A DNA stretch of 64,000 bases from Scyliorhinus canicula. Lineage: Eukaryota. How positions within the stretch are numbered: the stretch's first letter is position 1; each line of letters begins with the position of its first letter. Shown here in pieces: positions 49,516 through 62,230 of the stretch. The stretch spans positions 1 to 64,000 of the forward strand of contig NW_024055480.1 in the NCBI RefSeq assembly GCF_902713615.1. Direction: 5' to 3'. The notes below the pieces were generated by a model, which did no database searches, was not told the DNA's origin, and saw only the letters and a list, made by a program, of their open reading frames with translations. The translations under genes and the position numbers were made by a program.

Positions 49516-49553
49516 GGATTTTGTACCGTGGGAAGCCGAGACCCATCACTATG
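49516..49553 (-). promoter_or_regulatory. RSS of the NAR-like V, with a non-canonical heptamer
   Basis: CATAGTG + 22-nt spacer + ACAAAATCC directly after ...YFCKAQYRYRS. Confidence 0.8.
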
Positions 49554-49844
49554 TGCTCCTGTATCTGTACTGAGCTTTACAGAAATAGGTGGCGCTGTCT
49601 TCAACTCTCACACCCCGAATTTCCAGCGAAAATGTATTTTCTGCTTTATTCACCGTCACAACAAATCTCCCTCCGCTGGAGATCCGCTCCCAATCTGCCC
49701 CGGTCTGGGGTTGTCTGAAGAAATCCCCGCTTTTCAATTGAACAGTATAATAGCTACTGTATAAAACACAGGTGATAGTGAGAGACTGGCACTCCTCCTT
49801 GGTCACCGCTCCTGGGCTCTGTGTCACTGACTGACTGAAATATC
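49554..49844 (-). CDS. IgNAR-like V exon (NAR-TCR V)
   Basis: Acceptor tttccag|GA; YFSQSVTQSPGAVTKEECQSLTITCVL...FFRQPQTGADWERISSGGRFVVTVNKAENTFSLEIRGVRVEDSATYFCKAQ. CDR2 is absent as in VNAR, an extra FR1 Cys is present, and both canonical Cys are present. Confidence 0.88.
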
Positions 49845-49990
49845 CTGGAAATTAAACAGAGACAGTTTAATGGACCATCACAGCCAGAAACACACATCAG
49901 GCTAAAACCCCAGACAGTCTGTAATTGGGATGGAATAGGGCAGCTTTGTGTTAAATCCACTCAATGTGGGTTAGTCTGATCGGTACTCAC

Positions 49991-50036
49991 CGGGTAAACA
50001 GACGCACAGGGTGAAAACAAGGAGGATTCCCGTCAT
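49991..50036 (-). CDS. Leader exon of the NAR-like V
   Basis: ATG...MTGILLVFTLCVCLP G|gtgagt; 46 nt, phase 1, joins the V exon in frame. Confidence 0.9.
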
Positions 50037-50139
50037 TCTGCTGCCTGGAGCTGATGGTTTAGATGACGGGGATCGGGGAGACTGCAAACCTGGACTGCTC
50101 TGGGAGACTGCGCCTCAGACCTGAACTGAAATTAAATTT

Positions 50140-50175
50140 CGCCCTTAAATCGGTAAATTAGGCCACGCCCCCAGG
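50140..50175 (-). promoter_or_regulatory. Candidate NAR-TCR V promoter elements (GC box plus AT-rich box)
   Basis: GGGGGCGTGGC at about 50162-50172 on minus, followed by TTTAA tracts 100-130 nt upstream of the ATG; motif match only. Confidence 0.35.
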
Positions 50176-52894
50176 CTACCTCACAACAGAACTTGAGTTT
50201 TGAAGCGGTACAGCCGGTTGCAAACACTCAGTCGAACATCCACAGCTCTTGCTACCAGGGAGCCTCCAGTTGCCTGTCGCTTCATTGGATTTGTGAGCTG
50301 GGGTTCAAACGTAGCTCAAACTGGACGCCAAGGTAGCACAGTGGTGAGCACTGTTGCTTCACAGCGCCAGGGACCCAGGTTTGATTTCTGACTTGGGTCA
50401 CTGTCTGTGTGCGGAGTCTGAACGTTCTCCCCGTGTTTGGGTGGGTTTCCTCCAGGTGCTGCGGATTCCTTCCACAAGTCCCGAAAGACGTGCTGTTAGA
50501 TGAATTGAACATTCTGAATTCTCCCTCTGTGAACCCGAACAAGCGCCGGAATGTGGCAACTAGGGGGTTTTCACAGTAAATGTCTAATCAGAATGCCGGA
50601 ACCTCAGGACCAGCAACTTCCTTCAATCCAGAAACTGATGATCAGGTTACAGTATGATACAGGCCACTGATAATACCCAGGTAGATATTTACAATATACA
50701 TGATGATTATTGCACCATCGCCGTCTATGTTTTATAATACCAACAATGCTTCAATTTAGTAATAATTACTTTCCAGTTCTGTCATATTCAGAATGCTCAT
50801 TTGCAGTGACAGAGAATGGACAAATATTCAGAAGGACAACGTACACTGTGGGATCGGGTTAGGGGCTTGGAAGAATGAGGACAGACAATATAAAGTGAAT
50901 GATGCAAGTTGGTAGGCACTGGGGAAAGAGCGAGAGAGGTGATGTGACCGGAGGGAAGGTTGAGACTTCTGTTAAATCCATTTTAAGTTATTGGCTTGAT
51001 CAGCAGGAAGCGTGTACAGAGGTGAAACTGTTGAAGGTGACTACGCATTTGTATACCGTTGATAATATCTCGGCTAGATTAATGTTCAAATCTGGACTGC
51101 ACATCCGAGAATGATTTAAGGGTCTCAGAAAGGGTGCGAGTCAGAATCATTAATATTGAACTAATGAAGAAATGCTTCCGCTTTGTGCAAAGACTGGGGA
51201 ATGTGATCCTGCCCTCCGTAAAACAGAGAAGTCTGAGCGAATATTTGGTTGACATTAGACCACAAGACTATAAGATATAGGAGCAGAATTAAGCCACACG
51301 GCCCATCGAGTCTGTTCTGCTCTCAACAATTCCAGTTGAATAAATAAGGAAATATTGCCTCTAGTGGCAGCAGGTTCAGTCACCAGAGGACTGTCATTTG
51401 AAGGATTGGTGATCTGCTAAATAACCGAAGACAAGTTGACAGACATTTCCTTTGCAATGTGAGTGTTTGTGACGTGTTCACTGACTGAAAGGCAAGCGGA
51501 TTTAAAAGTCAAAAAAGGAATAGCATAACGTCCTTAAATTGATCCTTTAGCAAGGCAGCGGGACAGAGCAGTGGAGTGAGAGTAAATTGGTAGTTCTGCA
51601 CAGAGGTCATAGGCACCATGTGCTGACTGAATGAAATAAAATGAAAATCGCTTATTGTCACAAGATGAAAGATGAAAATCGCTTATTGTCACGAGTAGGC
51701 GTCAATGAAGTTACTGTGAAAAGCCCCTAGTCACCACATTCTGGCGCCTGTCCGGGGAGGCTGGTACGGGAATCGAACCGTGCTTCTAGCCTGCTTGGTC
51801 TGCTTTAAAAGTCAGCGAGTTAGCCCAGTGAGCTAAACCAGTCCCGCAAGTAGGCTTCAATTAAGTTACTGTGAAAAGCCCCTAGTCGCCACATTCCGGC
51901 GCCTGTTCGGGGAGGCTGGTACGGGAATTGAACCGTGCTGCTGGTTTGCCTTGATCTGCTTTCAATGCCAGTGATTTAGCCCTATGCTAAACCAGCCCCT
52001 GACCTCATTGTGGGAATGAATGATGAGGGAATGGAACAGGAAGTTCTTGATGATTCCAGTATCCAAATATTTACCTATTTCTTGTGCAGTTACTTTTCGA
52101 AGTTCTGTACTAATCTAATGCAATTGAGTAACATATGGCGTGAGTAAAATGTTTGGAGAAGGAACATAGAACAGTACAGCACAGAACAGGCCCTTCGGCC
52201 CTCAATGTTGTGCCGAGCCATGATCACCCTACTCAAACCCACGTATCCACCCTATACCCGTAACCCAACAACCCCCCCCACCTTACTTTTATTAGGACAC
52301 TATGGGCAATTTAGCATGGCCAATCCACCTAACCCGCACATCTTTGGACTGTGGGAGGAAACCGGAGCACCCGGAGGAAACCCACGCACACAGGGGGAGG
52401 ACGTGCAGACTCCACACAGACAGTGACCCAGCCGGGAATCGAACCTGGGACCCTGGAGCTGTGAAGCATTTATGCTAACCACCATGCTACCCTGCTGCCC
52501 CAAGGAAGGTATGGCTTTACCGAGTTCATACTCCAGAGACAACCACCAAGATCTGGCAACGTCCAAGGACGGAGGAGGCTGTGTTTTAATCAGATGAGTT
52601 CTAAAGGAGAAGCAAAAGCAATTTTCTTTAACACACCGAGTATCTGGTCGTTTGACTGAAACATATAGATAAAGCGGAGAGTTGGCTGCACATTTCTTAA
52701 AGACCATAAGACCATAGGGGCTGGTTTACCACAGTGGGGCTAAACAGCTGACTTATAATACAGAACAAGGCCGGCAGCGCGGGTTCAATTCCCGTACCAG
52801 CCTCCCCGAACAGGCGCCCAAATGTGGCAACTAGGGGCTTTTCACAGTAACTTCATTGAAGCCTACTTGTGACAATAAGCAGTTATTATTATTA

Positions 52895-54265
52895 TCATAT
52901 AAGATATAGAAGCAGAATTAGGCCACTCGACCCATTGAGTCTGCTCCGCCATTCAATCATGGCTGATATTTTTCTCATCCCCATTCTCCTGCCTATTCCC
53001 CATAACCTCTGATCCCCTTTTTGATCAAGAACCTATCTATCACTGTCTTAAAGACACGCAGTGATTTGGCCTCCACAGCCTTCTGCGGAAAAGAGTTCTA
53101 CAGATTCACCATCCTCTGGCTGAAGAAATTCCTCCTCATCTCTGTTTTAAAGGATCGTCCATTTAGTCTGAGATTGTGTCCTCTGGTTCTAGTTTTTCCT
53201 ACAAGTGGAAACATCCTCTCCACGTCCACTCTATCCAGGCCTCGTAGTATCCTGTAAGTTTCAATAAGACCCCCCCCCCTCATCCTTCTAAACTCCAATG
53301 AGTACAGACCAGGGTCCTCAACCGTTTCTCATACGCCAAGCTCTTCATTCCAGGGATCCTTCCTGTTAACCTCCTCTGGACCCTTTCCAAGGCCAGCACA
53401 TCTGTCCTTAGGTACGGGACTCAACACTGCTCACAATATTCCAAATTGGGTCTGCCCAGAGCCTTATCCAGCCTCAGAAGTACATCCCTGGTCTTCGATT
53501 ATATCCTCTTGACATGAATGCCAACATTGCATTTGGCTTCCTAACTGCCGACTGAACCTGCACATTAACCTTCAGAGTATCCTGAACAAGGACACCCAAA
53601 GTCCCATTGTGTTTCTGATTTCCTAAGCATTTCCCCATTTCGAAAATAGTCTATGTCTAAATTCCTCTTTCCAAACTGCATAACCTCACACTTTTCCACA
53701 TTGCATTTCATCTGCCACTTTATTGCCCACTCTCCTAGCCATTCCAAATCCCTCTGTAGACCCCTTGTTTCCTCAATACTATCTTTGTATCCTCTGCAAA
53801 CCTCGCAACAGTGCCTTCAGTTCCTTCTTCCAGATCATTAATGTATATTCTGAAAAGTTGTGATTCCAGCACAGATCCCTGAGGCACACCACTAGTCACC
53901 GGTTGTCATCCTGAAATAGGATCCCCACTTTATCCCCACTCTCTGCCTTCTGCCAGTCAGTCAATCCTCTCTCTATTACCAATGTCTTACCCTTAACACC
54001 ATGGGCTCGTAACCTTTTGAACAATCTCCGATGCGGCACCTTGTGAAAGGCCTTCTGGAAATCTAAATAAATCGCGTCCGCTGGTTCTCCTTTGCCACAC
54101 TTCCTCGTTACCTCCTCAAAGCACTCTAACAGATTTGTCAGACATGACCTCCCATTGACAAAGCGGTGCTGACTCAGTCCTATTTTACCATGCACTTACA
54201 AGTACTCCGTGATCTTATCTTTAAAAAGAGACTATAAAATCTTACCAACGACCAAAGTCAGGCTA
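52895..54265 (-). mobile_element. CR1-like LINE fragment
   Basis: QHRFVNGRSCLTNL, LDFQKAFHKVPH, EFRRMRG motifs; 3' end near 52900. Confidence 0.85.
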
Positions 54266-54459
54266 ATCGGCCTATCCCGTCTCTGCTTCCCTCCCTTTTG
54301 TTTCCTAAACTTAGAATGCCCAATTCACTTTTTCCAATTAAGGAGCAATTTTAGCGTGTTCAGTCCCACCTACCCAGCACATCTTTGTGTTGTGGAGATA
54401 AACTCACGCAAACACGGGGCGAATGTGCAAACTCCACACGGACAGTGACCCAGAGCCTG

Positions 54460-54770
54460 CAGAAGAGCAGGTGGAATTGATCCTGTACAGCACTTCGATC
54501 CATATTTCTCCCCCTATCTCCATGCCTATTTCCTCCCCCCATTTCTGCTGCGTTTTATCCAGTGGCATCCTGACCTCTTGCAAAGGTCGTCCATATACTT
54601 CACCACATGTGCCTCCTCGCAGCTTGATACGTTTTAGCATCCTGTCCAGTAGGGTGTGTCCGGATACCTGGGGTCCCCTTGCAGAGAAAGACCCGCTGCT
54701 GCAGCTATCGAAGTTCGTTCCCTTTCAGGAGTTAGAACTTCTCCGACATTTCCCCAATCTATCTTATGTA
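54460..54770 (-). mobile_element. L1-clade ORF2 C-terminal fragment
   Basis: KWGEEIGMEIGGEIWIEVLYRINSTC resembles KWEEELGGEMEDELWAEALSRVNSTATC in the 29-35 kb L1. Confidence 0.6.
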
Positions 54771-55255
54771 AATTATGAAATAGTAAGTTAGAGATTTAGA
54801 TTTTATTACCCTCAAGTGAAATATAGGGTCTACTGCAATTTTTCATCACTTCCATAAGTCATCACATATTCGAGCTATATATCAAAAACTTCCTGTGATG
54901 GTGAGATGAAGTCTTGCTAACAAAGCAGCGTATGGTTGATTGCTGCTCCTTATTTTCGATCTGATTTATATGCATTTCCACCAGGAAACCCAGGAATTGC
55001 AGGTTCAACTTTGTAATAGAATGACCATTGCGACATTACGTTGTAACTAAGAAAATGCAGGAGAATTGTTCATCAATGCATGATAACGCTAGTAAATGAT
55101 CTACACCCTAATCATGTGCTTGAACATAGAACATAGAACATGACAGCGCAGTAGAGGCCCTTCGGCCCTCGATGTTGCGCCGACCTGTGAAACCACTCTA
55201 AAGCCCATCTACACTATTCTCTTATCGTCCATATGCCTATCCAATGACCTCTTAA

Positions 55256-57845
55256 CCTTCTTCACTCTAATGAAAACAGTATCAAATCCCTCAGCCTTCC
55301 CTCATAAGATCTTCCCTCCATACCACACAACATTCTGGTTTATCTCTTCTGCACCCGTTCCAAAGCTTCCACATCCTTCCTGTAATGTGCCGACCAGAAT
55401 TGCCCGCAATACTCCAAATGTGGCCGTACCAGAGTTTTGTACAACTGCAACATGACCTCATGGCTCCGAAACTCAATTCCTCTACCAATAAAAGCTAACA
55501 CACTGTATGCCTTCTTAACAACCCTCTCAACCTGGGTGGCAACTTTCAGGGATCTATGTACATGGACACCGAGATCTCTCTGCTCATCCACACTACCAAG
55601 AATCTTCCCATTAGCACAGTACTCTGTCTTCCTGTTATTCCTTTCAAAATTAATCAGCTCACACTTTTCTGCATTAAACTCCATTTGCCACCTCTCAGCC
55701 CCCACATCCTTCCGCACTGTCCACAACTCCACCGACTTTAGTGTCATCTGCAAATTTACTCACCCATGCTTCCACGCCCTCCTCCAGGTCATTTATAAAA
55801 ATGAGAAACAGCAGTGGCCCCAAAACAGATCCTTGTGGTACACCACTAGTAACTGGACTCCAGCCTGAACATTTCCCATCAACCAACACCCTTTGTCTTC
55901 TTCCAGCTACCCAATTTCTGATCCAAACAGCTAAATCACCCTGAATCCCATGCTTCCGTATTTTCTGCAGTAGCCTACCGTGGGGAACCTTATCAAACGC
56001 TTTACTGAATTCCATATACACCATATCAACTGCTTGACCCTCGTCCACCTGTTTGGTAACCTTTTCAAATAACTCAATAAGGTTTGTGAGGCACGACCTA
56101 CTATTCACAAAACCATGTTGACTATCTCTAATCAAATTATTCCTTTCCAGATGATTATACATCCTATCTCTTATAAACCTTTCCAAGACTTTTCCCACAA
56201 CAGAAGTAAGGCTCACTGGTCTATAGTTACCAGGGTGGGCTCTACTCCCCTTCTTGAACAAGGGGACAACATTTGCTATCCTCCAGTCTTCTGGCACTAT
56301 TCCTGTATGCAAAGATGACTTAAAGATCAAAGCCAAAGGCTCAGCAATCTCTTCCCTAGCTTCCCAGAGGATCCTAGGATAAATTCCATCCGGCCCAGAG
56401 GACTTATCTATTTTCACACTTTCCAGAATTGCTAACAGCTCTTCCTATGAACCTCAAGCCCTTCTAGTCTAATAGCCTGGATCTCAGTATTCTCCTCGAC
56501 AACATTGTCGTTTTCCTGTGTGAACACTGACGAAAAATATTCATTTAGCACCTCTCCTATCTCCTCGGACTCCACGCACAACTTCCTGCTACTGTCCTTG
56601 ACTGGCCCTACTCTTACCCTAGTCATTCTTTTATTCCTGACATACCTATAGAAAGCTTTAGGGTTATCCTTGACCCTACCTGCCAAAGACTTCTCATGTC
56701 CTCACTTGGCTCTTCTTAGCTCTCTCTTTCGAGCCTTCCTAGCTAACTTGTAACTCTCAAGCGATCCCGACTGAACCATCACGTCTCATCTTCACATAAG
56801 CCTCCTTCTTCCTCTTGACAAGTGTTTCAACTGCTTTAGTAACCCATGGTTCCCTCACTCGACCATTTCCTCCCTGCCTAACAGGTACATACTTATCAAG
56901 GACACGCAGTAGCTGTTCCTTGAACATGCACCACATTTCCATTGTGTCCATCCCCTGCAGTTTTCCTCTCCAGGTGATGCATCCTAAGTCTTGCCTCATC
57001 GCATCATAATTGCCTTTCCACCAGCAATAACTCTTGCCCTGCGGTTTATACCTATCCCTTTCCATCACTAAAGTAAACGTAATCGAATTGTGGTCACTAT
57101 CACCAAAATGCTCACCTACCTCCAAATCTAACACCTGTCCTGGTTCATTGCCCAGTACCAAATCCAATACGGCCTCGCCTCTTGTTGGTCTATCTTCATA
57201 CTGCATCAGGAAACCCTCCTGCACACATTGGACAAAAACGAATCCATCTAAAGTACTCCAACTATAGTGTTTCCAGTCAATATTTGGAAAGTTAAAGTCC
57301 CCCATAACAACTACTCTGTTATTTTCGCTCCTATCCAGAATCATCTTTGCAATCCTTTCCTCTACATCTCTGGAACTTTTCGGAGGCCTATAGAAAAGCC
57401 CTGACAGGGTGACCTCTCCTTTCCCGTTTCTGAAATCAGCCCATACTACCTCGGTATTCGAGTCCTCATCAAATGTCCTCTCAGCCACCGTAATACTGTC
57501 CTTGACTAACAATGTCACCCCTCCCCCTCTCTTACCACCTTTCCTGAGCTTACTGAAATATCTAAACCCCGGCACCTGCAACAATCATTCCTCGCCCTGC
57601 TCTATCCATGAATCCGAAATGGCCACAACATCGAAGTCCCAGGTACTAACCTAATGCCGCAAGCTCACCCACCTTATTCCGGATGCTCCTGGCATTGAAG
57701 TAGACGCACTTTAGACCACCTTCCTTCCTGCCGGTACAGTCCTACAGCTTTGAAACCTTACTCATGACCTCACTACTCTCAGCTTCTTGTGTACTGGAGC
57801 TACAATTCAGGTTCCCAATCCCCTGCTGAACTAGTTTAAACTAGT
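55256..57845 (-). mobile_element. CR1-like LINE with APE and RT domains, internally deleted
   Basis: ORF 56757..57584 (GLFYRPP, VMGDFNFPNIDW, GDSDHN: APE); ORF 55695..56417 ([10 protein letters not shown]...[17 protein letters not shown]: RT). Confidence 0.92.
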
Positions 57846-58329
57846 TGTCTAGTGTTCTCCTTTATTTGCCTCGACAATAAAGACATTTGGGTAAAACCTT
57901 TGACTTATACACTGGTTGAAAGTGTCTGAGAAGATTTTACAGATACAACATCGTATTTTTAACTGGGATCCAGGTGCTTCTAGAATTTTGCCCATATTTT
58001 CGATTTTCACGGACATATGAGCAAGAGATTCATCCACTGACCTCTTCAGCTCGCCTGCCAAACTCTGACGGTGTTTCCTAATTCAGCCGCTCCAATGCGG
58101 CTGCTGTCGGCAGCGTGTTCAGCATTTGAGAAGGAGGACTCGCCCCCGCCATCTTGCAGCCCGCCAAGTCCTGTGATGCCTCGGAATCCCAGGAGTAAGT
58201 GCGGCCCGCATCTTTTCTATTCTTCTTTCTCGGCATATCTTGAAGTTTGTGTATTTATCTGTCGAGTATCATAGAATCTCCAGTGCAGAAGGAGGCCATT
58301 CAGCCCATCGAGTCAGCACTGGCTCTTGG

Positions 58330-59020
58330 AAAGAGCACGCTACCTTTTGTAAATCCATGCTGACTTTGTCCGATTACACCACTGCTTTCCAAATGCTGTG
58401 CTATGAAATCCTTGATAATGGACTCCAGCAACTTCCCTCCTACTGATGTCAGGCTCACTGGTCTATAGTTCCCTGTTTTCTCTCTACCTCCCTTTTGAAT
58501 AGCGGGATTACATTCGCTAGCCTCCAATCTGTAGGAACAATTCCAGAGTCTAAAGAATTTTGGAAAATGACCACCATTGGATCTCCTATTTCCAGAGCCA
58601 CTTCCTTAAGTAGTTTGGGATGAAGATCCTGGAGATTTTATAGACGGATATAGATAGTCTGGGAGATTGGGCCAAAATTTGGCAGATGGTGTTTAATGTA
58701 GATAAGTGTCAGGTTATCCATTTAGTCTGAAAAATAGAAAGGACAATTATCTGAATAGAAAGCAGATTCAAGGTGTGTTGGACAGAGGGATCTGGGTGAA
58801 TTGGTGGAACTCGCTGCCCCACAGTGCGGTGGAATTTGAGTCATTAAATGGTTTCAAGAAGAAGATAGATAGATTTCTGATTATAAAAATGGATTAAAGG
58901 GATATGGGGAACAGATGGGGAGGTGGATTTGAGGAACAGATTGGCCGTGATCTGATTGAATGGCGGAGCAGGCTCGAAGGGTAGAATTGTGTACTTGTAC
59001 TAATTCTTATGTTCCTATGT
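58330..59020. mobile_element. Two CR1 fragments in opposite orientation
   Basis: Minus [13 protein letters not shown]...QHGFTKG; plus CR1 3' end to about 59020. Confidence 0.65.
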
Positions 59021-59245
59021 ACTATCCAGGATAAAATTAATGTATTCCATCTGCTCCTGTGGATCATTTCAGTGGAAATATGCTCTCGCTTAAAGAATAT
59101 CAGCCCACTGGAGTGAACATTGGAAGACTGGCCAGCCCACAGAGGAACCTTCTGATCTCCCACTTCACCCACTGTCAGAATGACCATGGTTCAATCCTGG
59201 ATGTGATCAAGAGCAGCAAAGATCAGCAGAATCCAACCCTTGTAA

Positions 59246-60145
59246 TTACTTGTGAACTCGCTGGTGTTTCTGCAGGTAGGATGTACTACTGAATCCTTTC
59301 CCACACGTGGAGCAGGAAAACGGCTTCTCCCTAGTGTGAACTCGCTGGTGTCTGAGCAGGTTGGATGAATTGACAAACCCCTTCCCACACACAGAGCAGG
59401 TGAATGGTCGCTCCCCAGTGTTAAATCGCTGGTGTGTTACCAAGTTGGATGAATTAACAAATCCCTTCCGACACACAGAGCAGATGAATGGTCGCTCCCC
59501 AGTGTGAAGTCGCTGGTGTGTTACCAAGTTGGATGAATTAATAAATCTCTTCCTGCACACTTTGCAGGTGAATGGCTTCTCTGCGATGTGAACTCGCTGG
59601 TGTGTCAGCAGGTTGGATGAAGCAGTATATCCCTTCTCAAACACTGAGCAGGCGAATGGCTTCTCTGCGATGTGAACTCGCTGGTGTGTCAGCAGATTGG
59701 ATGAAGCAGTATATCCCTTCTCAAACACTGAGCAGGTGAATGGCTTCTCCTCAGTGTGAACCCGCTGGCGTGTCAGCCGGTTGGATGAATCTATGAATCC
59801 TTGTCTACACACTGAGCAGGTGAATGGTGACTCCCTGGTGCGAACTCGCTGGTGTGTCAGCAGGTTGGATGAAGCAGTAAATCCCTTCCCACACTGAGAG
59901 CAAATGAACAGTCTCTCCCTGGTGTGAGTGCATCGATGAGTTTCCAGCGCAGACAGAAAAATGAAAGCCTTCCCACAATCCCCACATTTTCACAGTTTCC
60001 CCATGGTGTCTCTCGGTGCTTTTCCAGTCACACGGATGGTATGGTCGATGGTTTCCCCCGTGCTAACGAATCGAGTGACTCTGTCAGATCTCGATGTGAA
60101 GTTTGGTTTGAGATTTCTTGCTGCCAATCCTCCCCTTTGCATATC
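59246..60145 (-). pseudogene. C2H2 zinc-finger array exon (9 fingers, several degenerate, in-frame TGA at 59990-59992)
   Basis: Acceptor cctttaacag|GAT; MGKL*KCGDCGK... then TGERPF/EKPF-linked fingers. Five of 9 fingers have lost a Zn ligand (H>R, H>R, C>F, C>F, H>N). Confidence 0.8.
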
Positions 60146-61229
60146 CTGTTAAAGGAGTTTACAAATGTCATCACGGTCAGTACAGCTCAGAAATTCAGAA
60201 CAGGCAATTCTAGTTGCCGTGCAACATGCTTTCTTCCCTCGTTCCCCAAAAGCTGTAAATTTCCACACCCGCATCTGTACAAACTCACACTCTCTCTCTC
60301 TCGCTCCATCCATTCTCACTCCATATACACCCTCCCTATTCTCCTGAAGGTGCTAATCCATGGTGATCAACAGATCGACACTCAGCATTTCCTGATCTTG
60401 ACCGAGATATTGTGATATCCCAAGAAATAGGAGCAGGAGACGGTCATTCAGCCCATCAAGTCTGCTACACCATTTAGTAAGTTCATGGCTGGTCTGAAAC
60501 TAATCTCAAATCTTCAATTACAGGGAATAAATATTGAGCAGAATTTGATGGTTAATATCAGCTGATGAACAGAAGAGAAATTATGTCTCGTGCAGGACAA
60601 CAATTCCTGACCATGGGAAGATAAAGATGGAAAATTAGCAGCACATAGCCGAGGGATGGGCAGCAGTGAAAACTTCATTCAGACACATTGTAAGAAATAA
60701 CAGTAAAACACGAAACATGGTTAAAATAAATCCACTATTAGAGGTATAAGAAGTTAAACAATGGCAGAGAGGTGATGAGGGAGGGCAAAGCTGAAACAGA
60801 GCAATGGGTGAACTTGGATTCAAATCCACAGTAAAGGAGACAAACCTTCCCTAGAGCCTGAAACCAGGGCACAGATAACAAAGCGGTACACTAAAAACTC
60901 TAAATTATAGATGAATACTCAATATTACTTGCCTCTGGAACAATTTAACTGTTTTCAAATATAAAACCTCCTATGGAGTCTGCAGCTGGAAAGATATCAG
61001 AAGCACTGGAATCAGAGAAAAATCACGGTCTTCAAATCTTCTAACTTCCTGTAAAATGAGATTACAAGAGTCATGGGTCAATTGTAGTCAGAGATTAACA
61101 TTTTTTCTTTATCTCAGATTGCTGTGTGTAAATCCTCCCCATCTATCTCCCTGTAAACGGAGTTTCCAAAGTCCAGGATATACATTCATAAAACTCTCTC
61201 CCCATTTCCTGGCCGAGGATTACTTAAGA

Positions 61230-61720
61230 TGGGATACATTTACATTGGAAGCAGTTCAGACAAGGTTCACTAAGCTGATTCCTGGCATGAAGGGGTTTGT
61301 TTTATGAGGAAAACTAGGACAGGGTGCGCATATATTGATTGTATTTTAGATAAATGAGAGGTAATCTTACAGCAGCAGAAAGTATTCTGAGGGTGCTTGA
61401 CAGGTGCTGAAAGGATGTTTCTCCTCAACAGGGAATCTTCCACTGCAAGGAAAGTTTAAAAATCAGTGTCTAAGACAGAATGAGGAGAAATTGCTTCTCT
61501 CAGAGGGCCAGTAGCCGGTGGAATTCTCTACCCAGTGAGCAGTGGAGGCGTGGCCATTGAATTTATTCAAGGCTGCATTATACACCATTTTTACCGGCAG
61601 GGGAGTAAAAGGTGAGGCAGGTTCATTGTCTGAAGGAAAATGGGGTTAAGACAATGATCAAATGAGCCACAATTGTCCGAATGGCCTCTTACTGCTAATA
61701 AATCTGATAATCTTATTCTT
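61230..61720 (+). mobile_element. Diverged CR1 3' fragment
   Basis: LEAVQTRFTKLIPGMKG motif and degenerate CR1 tail. Confidence 0.6.
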
Positions 61721-61729
61721 CTGTTATTG

Positions 61730-62230
61730 GGATGGGCGCACATGCGCTTTGTAGCAATTCCCCTCCCCCCGCCCTCACCCTCTAGAGGGCGCCCGTTCTT
61801 CGGACCATTCAATCAATGAGTTAAACATTTTCTCTCCTGGTCACCAGAACCCTGAAGCTCCTCCTACTTTCCGTGACGGCATCAAGATGGCCGCTCATGC
61901 GCTCTGCTCCCCGCTGAACGAGGATGGCGGCCATGGAACTGGGCCTGATTTGGATAAAAGCCTCGCAGCTGCAAAGACAGGGCCTGCAGGGTCTCTTCCT
62001 GCCGGGGGCCTTTCCCGGGTGTTTATGAAGCTTCCGCTCCCTCCCTTCCCCCCGGTTCCCGGCTCCATTCCTCCCTCCGTCCCACCGCCGCTCACCCGCG
62101 GAAACAGCCCCTTCAGCGCTCGCAGAGCTTCGAGCAGGATGACAGTGCGCATGCTCCAGATACAACACTGTGCCTGCGCACTGGGCTCCTGTGGAGTGAG
62201 TAGGGCACATTCACAGCCGCAATGGATGCT
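61730..62230. promoter_or_regulatory. CpG-rich promoter/first exon of the zinc-finger gene, possibly bidirectional
   Basis: CpG-dense; NRF1-like GCGCATGC motifs (about 61737, 61896, 62146); YY1-like AAGATGGCCG; minus donor AAA|gtagga near 61867 and plus donor gtgagt near 62193. Confidence 0.55.

Noticed and set aside
57849-58260. Possible exon or L1 ORF1 fragment (ELKRSVDESLAHMSVKIENMGKILE) with YY1-like motif and gtaagt donor
   Set aside because: Too short and degenerate to classify without alignment; most likely TE debris.
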